A DNA stretch of 32,000 nt from the NCBI RefSeq assembly GCF_003428155.1, contig NZ_QLIR01000007.1, positions 30,001 through 62,000 of the forward strand, read 5' to 3'. The notes beneath the pieces are model-generated. The model saw only the letters and a program-made list of their open reading frames with translations, was not told the origin of the DNA and made no database searches. The position numbers and the translations under genes are program-made. The first letter of the stretch is position 1. Every line of letters starts with the position of its first letter. The stretch comes from Fastidiosibacter lacustris (GTDB lineage: Bacteria > Pseudomonadota > Gammaproteobacteria > Francisellales > Francisellaceae). Of the stretch, positions 23,467 through 32,000 are shown one piece after another.

Positions 23467-24096
23467 ATGATGGATGACACGAAAGTGAAGATTCGTCAAG
23501 CGGTTGAAAAATTAACATTGCTTGTTACAGATGAGCAAATTAACCAATGGGTTAATTACTTGGTCTTGCTTAGAAAATGGAATAAAACCTATAATATGAC
23601 ATCTATTACTGATTGGAATGAGATGCTGGTCAAGCATTTATTTGATAGCTTATCGGTAGCCCGTTTTATTAAGGGTCAACAAGTCATTGACGTTGGAAGT
23701 GGTGGTGGTTTACCAGGTGTGCCTTTGGCAATTTTAATGTCAGAAAAGCATTTTGTCTTGATCGATAGCGTTGGCAAAAAAATTCGTTTTTTAAATCATG
23801 TCAAAAAAGCACTGAGCTTGCAGAATATTACACCTATTAACATTCGCATTGAGTCATATCAACCAAAGACTTTATTTGATACAATTATCTCACGGGCATT
23901 TAGTTCAGTGGGTGATTTTTATCATTTATGCCATCATTTGCAACAAGATGATGGACAATTGATTGCAATGAAAGGTGCGGATTTGGAGCTTACAGCCTTG
24001 GAAAATTTAAACCAATATTTTGAAACGTTTGAAGTAAACGTACCACTCTTAGAAGCAAAGAGACATGTGATACGCATCACCAAACAACATAGATAA
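23467..24096 (+). CDS. rsmG: 16S rRNA (guanine(527)-N(7))-methyltransferase
   Basis: RKWNKTYNMTSITDWNEMLVKHLFDSLSV, VIDVGSGGGLPGVPLAI, DSVGKKIRFL; start is one of the closely spaced ATGs at 23467/23470. Confidence 0.95.
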   Translation: MMDDTKVKIRQAVEKLTLLVTDEQINQWVNYLVLLRKWNKTYNMTSITDWNEMLVKHLFDSLSVARFIKGQQVIDVGSGGGLPGVPLAILMSEKHFVLIDSVGKKIRFLNHVKKALSLQNITPINIRIESYQPKTLFDTIISRAFSSVGDFYHLCHHLQQDDGQLIAMKGADLELTALENLNQYFETFEVNVPLLEAKRHVIRITKQHR

Positions 24097-24578
24097 TCTC
24101 CATACATGAAGAAAAATTTGCAAAATCCTGAGTGAAGCGTTATTTTTTTGATTTCCATAACCTGGAAAAGTACCTTAATTAGCTAAAAATACTTTTCTTA
24201 CTACCACTATTTCTTTAAGGCTTAATTTATCAACTGAACTTTCCCTAATTTTGTAAGAATTTGCTGTTGATGAGCTGCAAATCAAAATTTATCCCTGTAT
24301 CTTAGGGTTGCTAAAAAAACTGGAGCAACTCATGAATGGATACCTTACAGCTTTTACTAACTCACTTGCAAGCATTTTTCAGAAGGAGTCATCAATAAAG
24401 CTGATAGTTGCCAACTTTAATAAACGAAGGGTTTGCAAAAATGATAAATTTAAGCCAAAAAAATCACAAAGCTCATGGCTTCAGATGATTATTGAGCTAA
24501 CTGTCTAACAGAACTTGGGAAAGTTTAGATTAGAGTAAAACGTAACGAAAAAGTAAAATGTAAGGAAATAGTATAAAA

Positions 24579-25727
24579 ATGAATAGAGATTTTATAGAGC
24601 GTCTTTCTCATAATAGTAAATTATATATTGGTTACCCTCCTGCTACGGATTTTAAATATGATTATCTATCTGATGTGCTTAACTATTCCATAAATAATCT
24701 AGGTAACCCTGAAAATTTGTCAAACGCATTTAGTTCGCATGAATATGAAAAAGAAGTGATCCATTTTTTTCTAAAGCTTTACAAAAGTAGTTACCATGAG
24801 TCGTGGGGATACATTTCTCATTGTGGCACTGAAGCAGCGTTGAATGGATGTTGGCTTGGCAGAAACTATTTAAGTGATTCAAATCGTTCAAATTGTATTA
24901 TTTTAGCATCAGAGTATGCTCATTACTGTATAGATAAAATTGCTAATATACTCAATTTACCTTTAATTCGTATAAAAACTGATGAAAAAGGGAATATTAT
25001 AGAAGACGCTTTATCTACAACTTTGAACTTAAATAAAGGAAAATCTGTTATCTTTTTCGCTACTCTTGGAAGTACAATAACCTCATCAATTGACCATATT
25101 GACCTGTTTAAAAAACATGCTGATGCATTTAATATAAAATATTATATTCATGCTGATGCGGCTTTTGATGGTTCGTTTTTACCTTTCACTAAATATCAAT
25201 TAAAGTTAGGTTATGATTTTGACTCAATAAATATTAGTGGTCATAAATTTATTGGCTCTCCAATTCCTTCTGGAATTTTTTTAGTAAATAAAAAATATTT
25301 AAAGAATCGAGAAATTGAGTATGTCAAGAATAATGATTTAACTATTGCTGGAAGTAGAAACGGTATTTCCCCAATATTGCTTTATGAAGGTATACGTAAT
25401 ATTGGTGGATACAATGGTTTAAAAGAAAGGTATATAAAGTGCTTAAATAATGCTAATGAGATCTTACAATATGCCATTGAAAATAATATAAATGCTTGGA
25501 AAAATGACCATGCAATTACAGTGGTTTTTGATCGAGTAGATGATGAAATTATGAAAAAATGGCATGCTCCTAGTTATAAACGATATACAACAATAACTGT
25601 CTTGCCAAAAACAAATTTTAATATGATTAAGGAATTTATTAACGACATTACCTTTTATAAAAATTATAAAAAAACAAGGGACAATACGATCACCTACTAT
25701 CCAAGCAAAGTTTCATCCTTACTTTAA
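24579..25727 (+). CDS. hdc: PLP-dependent group II decarboxylase, histidine decarboxylase-like
   Basis: 382 aa; HCGTEAALNGCWLGR, IHADAAFDGSFLPF, INISGHKFIGSPIPSGIFL (PLP lysine in SGHK), AGSRNGISPILL are hallmark motifs of the bacterial histidine decarboxylase subgroup. Confidence 0.83.
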   Translation: MNRDFIERLSHNSKLYIGYPPATDFKYDYLSDVLNYSINNLGNPENLSNAFSSHEYEKEVIHFFLKLYKSSYHESWGYISHCGTEAALNGCWLGRNYLSDSNRSNCIILASEYAHYCIDKIANILNLPLIRIKTDEKGNIIEDALSTTLNLNKGKSVIFFATLGSTITSSIDHIDLFKKHADAFNIKYYIHADAAFDGSFLPFTKYQLKLGYDFDSINISGHKFIGSPIPSGIFLVNKKYLKNREIEYVKNNDLTIAGSRNGISPILLYEGIRNIGGYNGLKERYIKCLNNANEILQYAIENNINAWKNDHAITVVFDRVDDEIMKKWHAPSYKRYTTITVLPKTNFNMIKEFINDITFYKNYKKTRDNTITYYPSKVSSLL

Positions 25728-25861
25728 CTGTATTTCCCATTTTCCTTTCCGATTCTGATACCTTGTGATTGCTTTCTAGTACAAACAAAAATCCCTTGAT
25801 CCCTCACTACTATTAAAGGTATTAAAGGATTTTTGAAACCTTTAATTATGGGCTATAAAGT

Positions 25862-26941
25862 TTAACGAAAGTTACTGAAACTATTTGAATTATTGTTTTG
25901 ATTTTCTTGTTGTCTTAACCAAAAGAAAAGCTTTAGTTCTCCTGGTTCTGCCTCATTTTGTGAGGTGAGACTTTGAATAAATTTATCTCTGTTGTTAGCA
26001 TCGTTTTTCTTTGTTTCATCAAATTTAACAAGAGGAGGTGTTGACAGGTAGTCAATACTAGAATTGATTTTGTTCACTACATTTTGTACAGCAGCTTCTT
26101 GTGGGTTTTCTTGATTTATTGAACTATAAGTGATTGGTGTATAGTAATAAATATCGTATTGGTTTCCTAATGGAGTAGTCGCGTAGATGCTATCAACCTT
26201 ATTATTATCGCTAAAGTAACATTGTGCATATCTATCGTTACATTCTCTAATAAGTTGCTCTTTTGGAACAGGTGTAGTAAACACCCACTTATCATTATCC
26301 TTACACCATTTCCCAGGCAAATAACCGACTTTATGTTGATAAAATTTAGATAATATAGGGATATTAAATTTTGTGGTAAATAACGTCTTTTCATCTTTAT
26401 CTTTACAGGTAACAAAGGTGTAATCCAAATTTTGTGATAAGAAAAAATCGATATTGAGTGTATCTACCGCCGATTTGCTAAAGAAAAAAGGATGGCAACC
26501 TGTGAAAAAATAAATATTCTCTCTAAAATTATACGCTGTCAAGGCTTTATCGATTAATCCATTTATATAAGGATGGTCGGTAGAAATTCTCAATAGGAAA
26601 TTATAAAGTATAACAAAGCTTACTCCGAATTGGTTTTCTGTAAAATATTTGTTAGATGTTAACAAGTCTCCACCAGCTTTATAAAGCGTACTAGCAGCCA
26701 TTGGTGTAACTAGATTGTCAATAATGAAAGTCATTGCTGTTTTTAGCTCGTCATACGTATCATCTATGTAGCCTATAGATGTTTGCTTTATTGCTTCCGA
26801 TAATATGGAAGAGACAGTATATAAAGCTATTGGCTTTATCGTGCTCTTTACAAGCGGAAAATTTAATTTCGCTATATGGTCAAGCACTTTCTTTAGACGT
26901 TCAGTAGTTTCTATTTTTTTGTTTTGTAAATTGTTTGGCAT
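25862..26941 (-). CDS. Hypothetical protein, no recognised family
   Basis: Intact 359-aa ORF, AT-rich, with an Asn/Gln-rich C-terminus (QQENQNNNSNSFSNFR); no signal peptide or familiar motif seen. Confidence 0.7.
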   Translation of the reverse strand: MPNNLQNKKIETTERLKKVLDHIAKLNFPLVKSTIKPIALYTVSSILSEAIKQTSIGYIDDTYDELKTAMTFIIDNLVTPMAASTLYKAGGDLLTSNKYFTENQFGVSFVILYNFLLRISTDHPYINGLIDKALTAYNFRENIYFFTGCHPFFFSKSAVDTLNIDFFLSQNLDYTFVTCKDKDEKTLFTTKFNIPILSKFYQHKVGYLPGKWCKDNDKWVFTTPVPKEQLIRECNDRYAQCYFSDNNKVDSIYATTPLGNQYDIYYYTPITYSSINQENPQEAAVQNVVNKINSSIDYLSTPPLVKFDETKKNDANNRDKFIQSLTSQNEAEPGELKLFFWLRQQENQNNNSNSFSNFR

Positions 26942-27140
26942 GAATTATGTTCCTTAAAAAATAACCTGAGATTTGTGATTTATCATAGTTAAAAGTTAAC
27001 GAATCAACTTAAGATAATAAATAGCTGCCATCAAAATTAGTCAAATTGTCCTTTACCCTATCCTGATAGGTGAAGGTTTTATGGTATATATTATTCGCAA
27101 GTGGTGTCCATCTACTTTTCGCGTTATACTGATGGCCAAT

Positions 27141-27917
27141 TTAGATCGCCTTTGGTTTAATATGGATAATCAACGAGATAAGACTACGCATTTTGGTTTT
27201 AAAGAGGTCAAATGGCAGGAGAAACAGCAAAAAGTTGCCGAAGTTTTTCATTCGGTTGCTACTAAGTATGACGTTATGAATGATGTCATGTCGTTTGGGA
27301 TTCATCGTATTTGGAAAAAAATCACAATTCAAAAAGCAGCGGTTAAGCCTAGTAATATGGTGTTAGATTTAGCTGGTGGTACAGGTGATTTAGCGTATCA
27401 ATTTACTCGTCAAGTAGGTGATAATGGTAAAGTGATCTTAAGTGACATCAATGCGTCAATGTTGGATGTCGGTAGAGAAAAGTTAACTAATAGAGGCTGT
27501 CTTGGTAATATTGAATATGTCCAAGCCAATGCAGAATACTTGCCTTTTTCAGATAATATATTTGACTGTATTACTATTTCATTTGGGCTTAGAAATGTAA
27601 CCGATAAAGACAAGGCATTGCAATCTATGTATCGTGTATTAAAACCAGGAGGGCGATTGCTAGTGCTAGAGTTCTCTAAGCCGATCTTTCCTATTTTAAG
27701 TCAGATCTACGATCAGTACTCGTTTAAAGTTTTACCTGTTATGGGACAAATTATTGCTCAAGATGCTGATAGTTATCGTTATCTTGCCGAATCCATTCGT
27801 AAACACCCTGATCAAGAGACTTTAAGGCAAATGATGTTGAATGCAGGTTTTGATAAAGTAGAATACCAAAACATGGCAGCTGGTGTAGTAGCATTACATA
27901 TTGGTATTAAGTACTAG
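27141..27917 (+). CDS. ubiE: Ubiquinone/menaquinone biosynthesis C-methyltransferase
   Basis: [91 protein letters not shown]. The N-terminal start is uncertain (the track start at 27081 is probably too early). Confidence 0.96.
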   Translation, partial: LDRLWFNMDNQRDKTTHFGFKEVKWQEKQQKVAEVFHSVATKYDVMNDVMSFGIHRIWKKITIQKAAVKPSNMVLDLAGGTGDLAYQFTRQVGDNGKVILSDINASMLDVGREKLTNRGCLGNIEYVQANAEYLPFSDNIFDCITISFGLRNVTDKDKALQSMYRVLKPGGRLLVLEFSKPIFPILSQIYDQYSFKVLPVMGQIIAQDADSYRYLAESIRKHPDQETLRQMMLNAGFDKVEYQNMAAGVVALHIGIKY

Positions 27918-27925
27918 GTGGGAAG

Positions 27926-28552
27926 ATGGACAAAAACCATGTTATTAAGCTCATCAATTATCTTATTTATCAAACATTAAGGCTTGACCCTCAACGGAAT
28001 TACTTGCTGCAACAGTTAGCAGGTGAAGCATTAGCTGTTGATATTGGAGACTTGAATCTTAGCTGTGTATTGATACCACAACACAATACATTGTTATTAT
28101 CTATAACTGAAATGGCAGCAAACAATCGTCTAAGAGGAAAGTCAAGCGTGCTTGTTGCGATGTGTTTAAGCCCAAATCCGCAACACTTTATTCAAACCGA
28201 CAAAGTCAATTTTAGCGGTGATATTCAAGTGTTGCAGCGTTATAGCAATTTCTTTAAAGCAATTCGACCAGATTTAATTTTTACTTTAACTCAAGGTAAG
28301 AACAATACTTTAAGTTCATTACTGGATAAACCTCTAACTGCTTTAAATCATTGGTTTAGAGTGAGCAAAGAGAAACTGCCAATAGAATTAAGAGAATATC
28401 TGCAATATGAAAAAAACTTTTTTCCATGTCGCCAGGAGCTTGAAGATTTCTTTATGGATGTACAAATTTTAAAAGAGGATACAGATAGGGTAATAGCCAA
28501 ACTTAATAAATATTTAAAACTGATTGAAATGATTGAGGGAGCGCATGAGTAA
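27926..28552 (+). CDS. ubiJ: UbiJ-like SCP2-domain accessory protein of ubiquinone biosynthesis
   Basis: 208 aa SCP2-like protein placed between ubiE and ubiB (conserved ubiE-ubiJ-ubiB order); VQILKEDTDRVIAKLNKYLKLIE C-terminal helix. Confidence 0.85.
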   Translation: MDKNHVIKLINYLIYQTLRLDPQRNYLLQQLAGEALAVDIGDLNLSCVLIPQHNTLLLSITEMAANNRLRGKSSVLVAMCLSPNPQHFIQTDKVNFSGDIQVLQRYSNFFKAIRPDLIFTLTQGKNNTLSSLLDKPLTALNHWFRVSKEKLPIELREYLQYEKNFFPCRQELEDFFMDVQILKEDTDRVIAKLNKYLKLIEMIEGAHE

Positions 28553-30206
28553 AGTTAAAAAATGGCTGCGCTTAATCTATATTGGTTATATTTTCAATAA
28601 ATATAATGTTACGGCGATGATGGCAAATCTGCCCTTGTTAAGAGCATTAAGGTTTACACTTATTTTTAACCCCTATTATTGGCTGAATTGCAACAAGCTT
28701 GACCGTGGCACACGGTTACGTTTGGCACTAGAAACTTTAGGTCCTATTTTTATTAAGTTTGGTCAAGCATTATCGACAAGGCGTGACCTTTTGCCGCATG
28801 ATTTAGCAAATGAATTGGCAAAGCTACAAGATAAGGTTCCACCCTTTGCCAGTGAGTATGCAATTCAAACGATTGAAAAAGCCTTACAGCAGCAGATTGA
28901 TAAAGCATTTTTAAAGTTTGATATAAACGCCTTGGCTTCGGCGTCAATTGCACAAGTTCATGGTGCAACTTTGAACACAGGTGAAGAAGTCGTGGTTAAG
29001 GTGTTGCGTCCTAATATTGAGAAAATATTAATTCAAGATACAGAGCTTTTAAAAGCGCTAGCAAGTATGTTGGAACGTTATGTTCCTTCAACAAGGCGAT
29101 TGCGTCCAGTAGAAGTGGTTGCTGAAATAAGTCGTAATCTTTTGGATGAGCTTGATTTACAACGTGAGGCTGCTAATGCCTCGCAACTTAAGCGAAATTT
29201 CAAAGATAGCCATATTCACTACGTGCCAGAGGTCTATTGGCAGTATTGTCGTAATAATTTATTAACGATTGAAAAAATCAAAGGTATTCCAGTTTCAGAT
29301 ATTGAAACCTTGAAATCTTTAGGCACAGACTTAAAGCTTCTAGCCGAGCGAGGTGTTGAGATATTCTATACTCAAGTCTTTAGAGATTGTTTCTTTCATG
29401 CCGATATGCACCCAGGTAATATTTTTATAGATGCGTCAAATCCAAAAGATCCTAAATACATATCGATTGACTTTGGTATTGTCGGCACCTTAACGCGTGA
29501 AGATCAGCATTACCTAGCTGGTAATTTTTTGGCGTTTTTTAACCGTGATTATAAAAAAGTTGCCGAGCTTCATATTGAATCGGGTTGGGTGCCATATGAT
29601 ACGCGTGTGGATGAGCTAGAATCGGCAATTCGAACTGTCTGTGAACCGATCTTTGAAAAACCACTAGCTGAGATTTCATTTGGCTACACTTTAATGCGTT
29701 TGTTTCAGGTGGCAAGGCGTTTTAACATGAGCGTGCAACCACAATTGGTGCTATTACAGAAAACACTTTTAAATATTGAAGGATTGGGACGAGATTTATA
29801 TCCAGATTTAAATTTATGGGCAACTGCCAAACCATTTTTAGAGAAGTGGATGAAAACGCGAGTTGGCTGGCAAGGATTTATAAAGCGTTCGATGAAGAGT
29901 TTGCCAGAGTTAAGTGAACGCCTGCCAGATATGCCAGAGCTGTTGTTTGAATTATTAAATACAAAAGTTAAACAACTTAAAGTAATACAAGACAATAATA
30001 AAGATGAGCGTTTGATAAAGCATTCCAAAAAACGTGGGATGATATTAGGTTTTGGTCTGTCATTAATAGCGATTGGTATTATAAGCAGTTATGATATTGG
30101 CATTTTTAATAGTGTTCATGCTTTTATAAAGCAGCATTATGAGTTAGTCGGTGGAATTTGTGTAGTACTAATTATCTATTATTGGCTAACAAGGCAAAAG
30201 GATTAA
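28545..30206 (+). CDS. ubiB: Ubiquinone biosynthesis regulatory protein kinase UbiB
   Basis: LGPIFIKFGQALSTRRDLLPHDLANELAKLQDKVPP, ASASIAQVHGA, KVLRPNIE, FFHADMHPGNIFID, IDFGIVG. ATG 28545 overlaps the end of ubiJ. Confidence 0.96.
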   Translation: MSKVKKWLRLIYIGYIFNKYNVTAMMANLPLLRALRFTLIFNPYYWLNCNKLDRGTRLRLALETLGPIFIKFGQALSTRRDLLPHDLANELAKLQDKVPPFASEYAIQTIEKALQQQIDKAFLKFDINALASASIAQVHGATLNTGEEVVVKVLRPNIEKILIQDTELLKALASMLERYVPSTRRLRPVEVVAEISRNLLDELDLQREAANASQLKRNFKDSHIHYVPEVYWQYCRNNLLTIEKIKGIPVSDIETLKSLGTDLKLLAERGVEIFYTQVFRDCFFHADMHPGNIFIDASNPKDPKYISIDFGIVGTLTREDQHYLAGNFLAFFNRDYKKVAELHIESGWVPYDTRVDELESAIRTVCEPIFEKPLAEISFGYTLMRLFQVARRFNMSVQPQLVLLQKTLLNIEGLGRDLYPDLNLWATAKPFLEKWMKTRVGWQGFIKRSMKSLPELSERLPDMPELLFELLNTKVKQLKVIQDNNKDERLIKHSKKRGMILGFGLSLIAIGIISSYDIGIFNSVHAFIKQHYELVGGICVVLIIYYWLTRQKD

Positions 30207-30215
30207 GGAGATAAA

Positions 30216-30563
30216 ATGAGTGACTGTATTTTCTGTAAAATCATCAAAGGTGATATTCCAGCCAATAAGGTCTATGAGGATCAAGACATGGTAGCTTTTC
30301 ATGATGCTTTCCCTGCTGCAGAAACACACGTATTGGTTGTGCCTAAAAAACATATTGATAGTTTAAATCATTTACAGGAGGAAGATGCGGAGTTGATAGC
30401 TAAAATTAGCCTTGCGATTCCAAAACTTGCTGAAACGTTAGGTTTAGAGGGATATAAGACACTTGTTAACACAGGTAAAGCAGGGGGTCAGAGTGTGTTT
30501 CATTTACATTACCATATTTTAGGTGGTAAATTTCTCAAAAAAGATGCGCTACAGAATACTTAG
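30216..30563 (+). CDS. hinT: HIT family purine nucleoside phosphoramidase (HinT-like)
   Basis: MSDCIFCKIIKGDIPANKVYEDQDMVAFHDAFPAAETHVLVVPKKHI ... GQSVFHLHYHILGG. Confidence 0.93.
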   Translation: MSDCIFCKIIKGDIPANKVYEDQDMVAFHDAFPAAETHVLVVPKKHIDSLNHLQEEDAELIAKISLAIPKLAETLGLEGYKTLVNTGKAGGQSVFHLHYHILGGKFLKKDALQNT

Positions 30564-30764
30564 TAGCATAGTAGCACATGATTTTTAATGTATTAATTTC
30601 ATGAGTAGATATTGTTTGCCTTATTTTGCGACTTGATTTATGAGAATGAGTTTGTTAGGATGCCTGGGTTTTGTTTAATGCAAAGGTCAAATTAGTTAGC
30701 GAAATCACGATGATTGAGCTTAATAACAAATCCACCATAAGTTGAGAATATGATTAAGTTTCTG

Positions 30765-30854
30765 GGAGGGGTGTCCGAGTGGTTGAAGGAGCACGCCTGG
30801 AAAGCGTGTATACGTTAACGCGTATCGAGAGTTCGAATCTCTTCCCCTCCGCCA
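30765..30854 (+). tRNA. tRNA-Ser (GGA)
   Basis: GGAGGGG...CCCCTCCGCCA acceptor, long variable arm, anticodon GGA in CGCCTGGAAAGCG; 90 nt. Confidence 0.95.
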
Positions 30855-31202
30855 GCTTTTTTGAAGATAACTTTTCTCGCGTCTTTTTGAGCTAGTGTTA
30901 TCAGGTCTCAAAACCCCAGTATTTGTGCGCTTTCCAGAGTTTTTGCTTGCTGTTAGACCCGTACCTCACTTTCTCCAATTTCGCCATTTTACCCCAAAGT
31001 CTCCCTTTTTATTCTCCGCTTCTCAGTTAGATGCGAACGTCCGACCTGAAAGTGCGCATGTCCATAACCCTTGATTTTACTGGTTTTTTGCAAAACCGGT
31101 CTTGAGGTTCGTTATTGGGGCGGAGAATGGCGTGTGTACCCACAGAACGAGAATTTTACTGTGATATGGTCACTTTAGATTATGTTCATATGCATTTAGC
31201 AT

Positions 31203-31673
31203 TCACTGATCTTCGATATCAGGAGCCATTCTGTTGGTGTGCAGATTATTAAAACACTCCAGAAGTAACTTTTCCAACAGTACTTTATTATCTTCTGTGA
31301 TAGTAGAGGTCATGCTCGCTTCGACTTTGCTGATAACGTTATGAGCCTGCTGAACAACTTTCATTCCTTGTTTTGTTAATTCTGTGCATAAAATCCTACC
31401 ATGGGAAGCATCGCTTTTACGATGAATTAAACCCCGTTTTTCTAAATTAGAGACAATACCATGCATGGTTTGAGCGGTGATAAAAGCTGATCTAGCTAGA
31501 GCTGCATTAGATATACCAGGTCGGAGCTCTAATTGCGCCAGTACTGCATATTGTGGCGTTGTCAGATCAAGGGTTTTTAAAGCTTCGTCCATGCGAAGGC
31601 GCAAGCTGTGTTGCGTCTGTTTTAGTTTATAACCTAACAAACCTGCGACATTTATTTCTTGAGATGTTGACAT
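31203..31673 (-). CDS. MarR-family transcriptional regulator
   Basis: 156 aa; LTTPQYAVLAQLELRPGISNAALARSAFITAQTMHGIVSNLEKRGLIHRKSDASHGRILCTELTKQG is a MarR wHTH pattern. Confidence 0.9.
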   Translation of the reverse strand: MSTSQEINVAGLLGYKLKQTQHSLRLRMDEALKTLDLTTPQYAVLAQLELRPGISNAALARSAFITAQTMHGIVSNLEKRGLIHRKSDASHGRILCTELTKQGMKVVQQAHNVISKVEASMTSTITEDNKVLLEKLLLECFNNLHTNRMAPDIEDQ

Positions 31674-31687
31674 ATCAGTGCCCTTAC

Positions 31688-31717
31688 ATTATATTATCAG
31701 CGTGCTTATACTATAAT
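31688..31717. promoter_or_regulatory. Imperfect dyad in the MarR/SnoaL-like intergenic region, candidate MarR operator
   Basis: ATTATATTATCAGCG|TGCTTATACTATAAT, 12 of 15 complementary positions. Confidence 0.45.
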
Positions 31718-31728
31718 AGGAGTTCGAT

Positions 31729-32000
31729 ATGAATACAACAAATTCTGAAAGTGATACTAACTTAAAGTCTGCGGAAAACTATTACAATTCCATGCTTGCA
31801 AAAGACTTTGATAAAATGGCTGGCTACCTGCATGACAACGTGCATTTTATCGGGCCACTCGCAGAAATGCATAGCAAAGATGCAGTTGTTTCAGCTGCAA
31901 AGAATTTCGGTGGGATATTGCAGGACATCCAAATCAGGTCACGTTTTGCAGCCGGCGATCAGATCATGTTCGCCTACGATATGATTGTTCCAGCACCCAT
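31729..32000 (+). CDS. SnoaL-like/NTF2-like small protein, 3' truncated by window edge
   Basis: Open frame from ATG 31729 with AGGAG upstream: MNTTNSESDTNLKSAENYYNSMLAKDFDKMAGYLHDNVHFIGPLAEMHSKDAVVSAAKNFGGILQDIQIRSRFAAGDQIMFAYDMIVPAP. Absent from the ORF track because it has no stop in the window. Confidence 0.7.
   Translation, partial: MNTTNSESDTNLKSAENYYNSMLAKDFDKMAGYLHDNVHFIGPLAEMHSKDAVVSAAKNFGGILQDIQIRSRFAAGDQIMFAYDMIVPAP

Noticed and set aside
24308-24508. 66-aa ORF between rsmG and hdc
   Set aside because: No recognisable domain or operon context; could be chance in AT-rich DNA, so not called as a gene.
25787-25834. AAAAATCCCTT...AAAGGATTTTT inverted repeat between convergent genes
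   Set aside because: Low-GC stem with a 26-nt loop; could be a weak bidirectional terminator but not strong enough to call.
30720-30911. 63-aa minus-strand ORF with RRGRDSNSRYALTYTRFPGVLLQPLGHP
   Set aside because: Antisense translation of tRNA-Ser; a well-known type of false protein annotation.

Overview
This 32 kb AT-rich window looks like a mostly ordinary gammaproteobacterial chromosome segment, possibly Francisella-like. Housekeeping genes dominate: a phosphomannomutase C-terminus, purA, kdsB, a ydiJ-like FAD/Fe-S oxidoreductase, groES-groEL, rpsL-rpsG-fusA-rpsJ, rsmG, ubiE-ubiJ-ubiB and hinT. There are six tRNAs (Gly, Cys, Leu, Met, Lys, Ser). I found no convincing complete new defence or mobile system, and no rRNA or CRISPR. 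The places worth a second look are: (1) a degenerate KamA-like N-terminal fragment and a short orphan ORF coupled to a 2OG-Fe dioxygenase and an MFS exporter; (2) a PP-loop thiolase-like ATPase translationally coupled to a TusA-like sulfur carrier; (3) an MFS drug-efflux gene broken by an apparent single-base frameshift; (4) a membrane protein that looks like a fusion of two usually separate uncharacterised families; (5) a str operon that lacks tuf and ends at a terminator right after rpsJ; (6) an AT-rich insertion between rsmG and ubiE carrying a histidine-decarboxylase-like gene and an orphan 359-aa protein; (7) an accessory region downstream of tRNA-Ser with a divergent MarR/SnoaL-like pair around a 30-bp imperfect dyad. 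All family calls come from motif recognition only; no database search was run.
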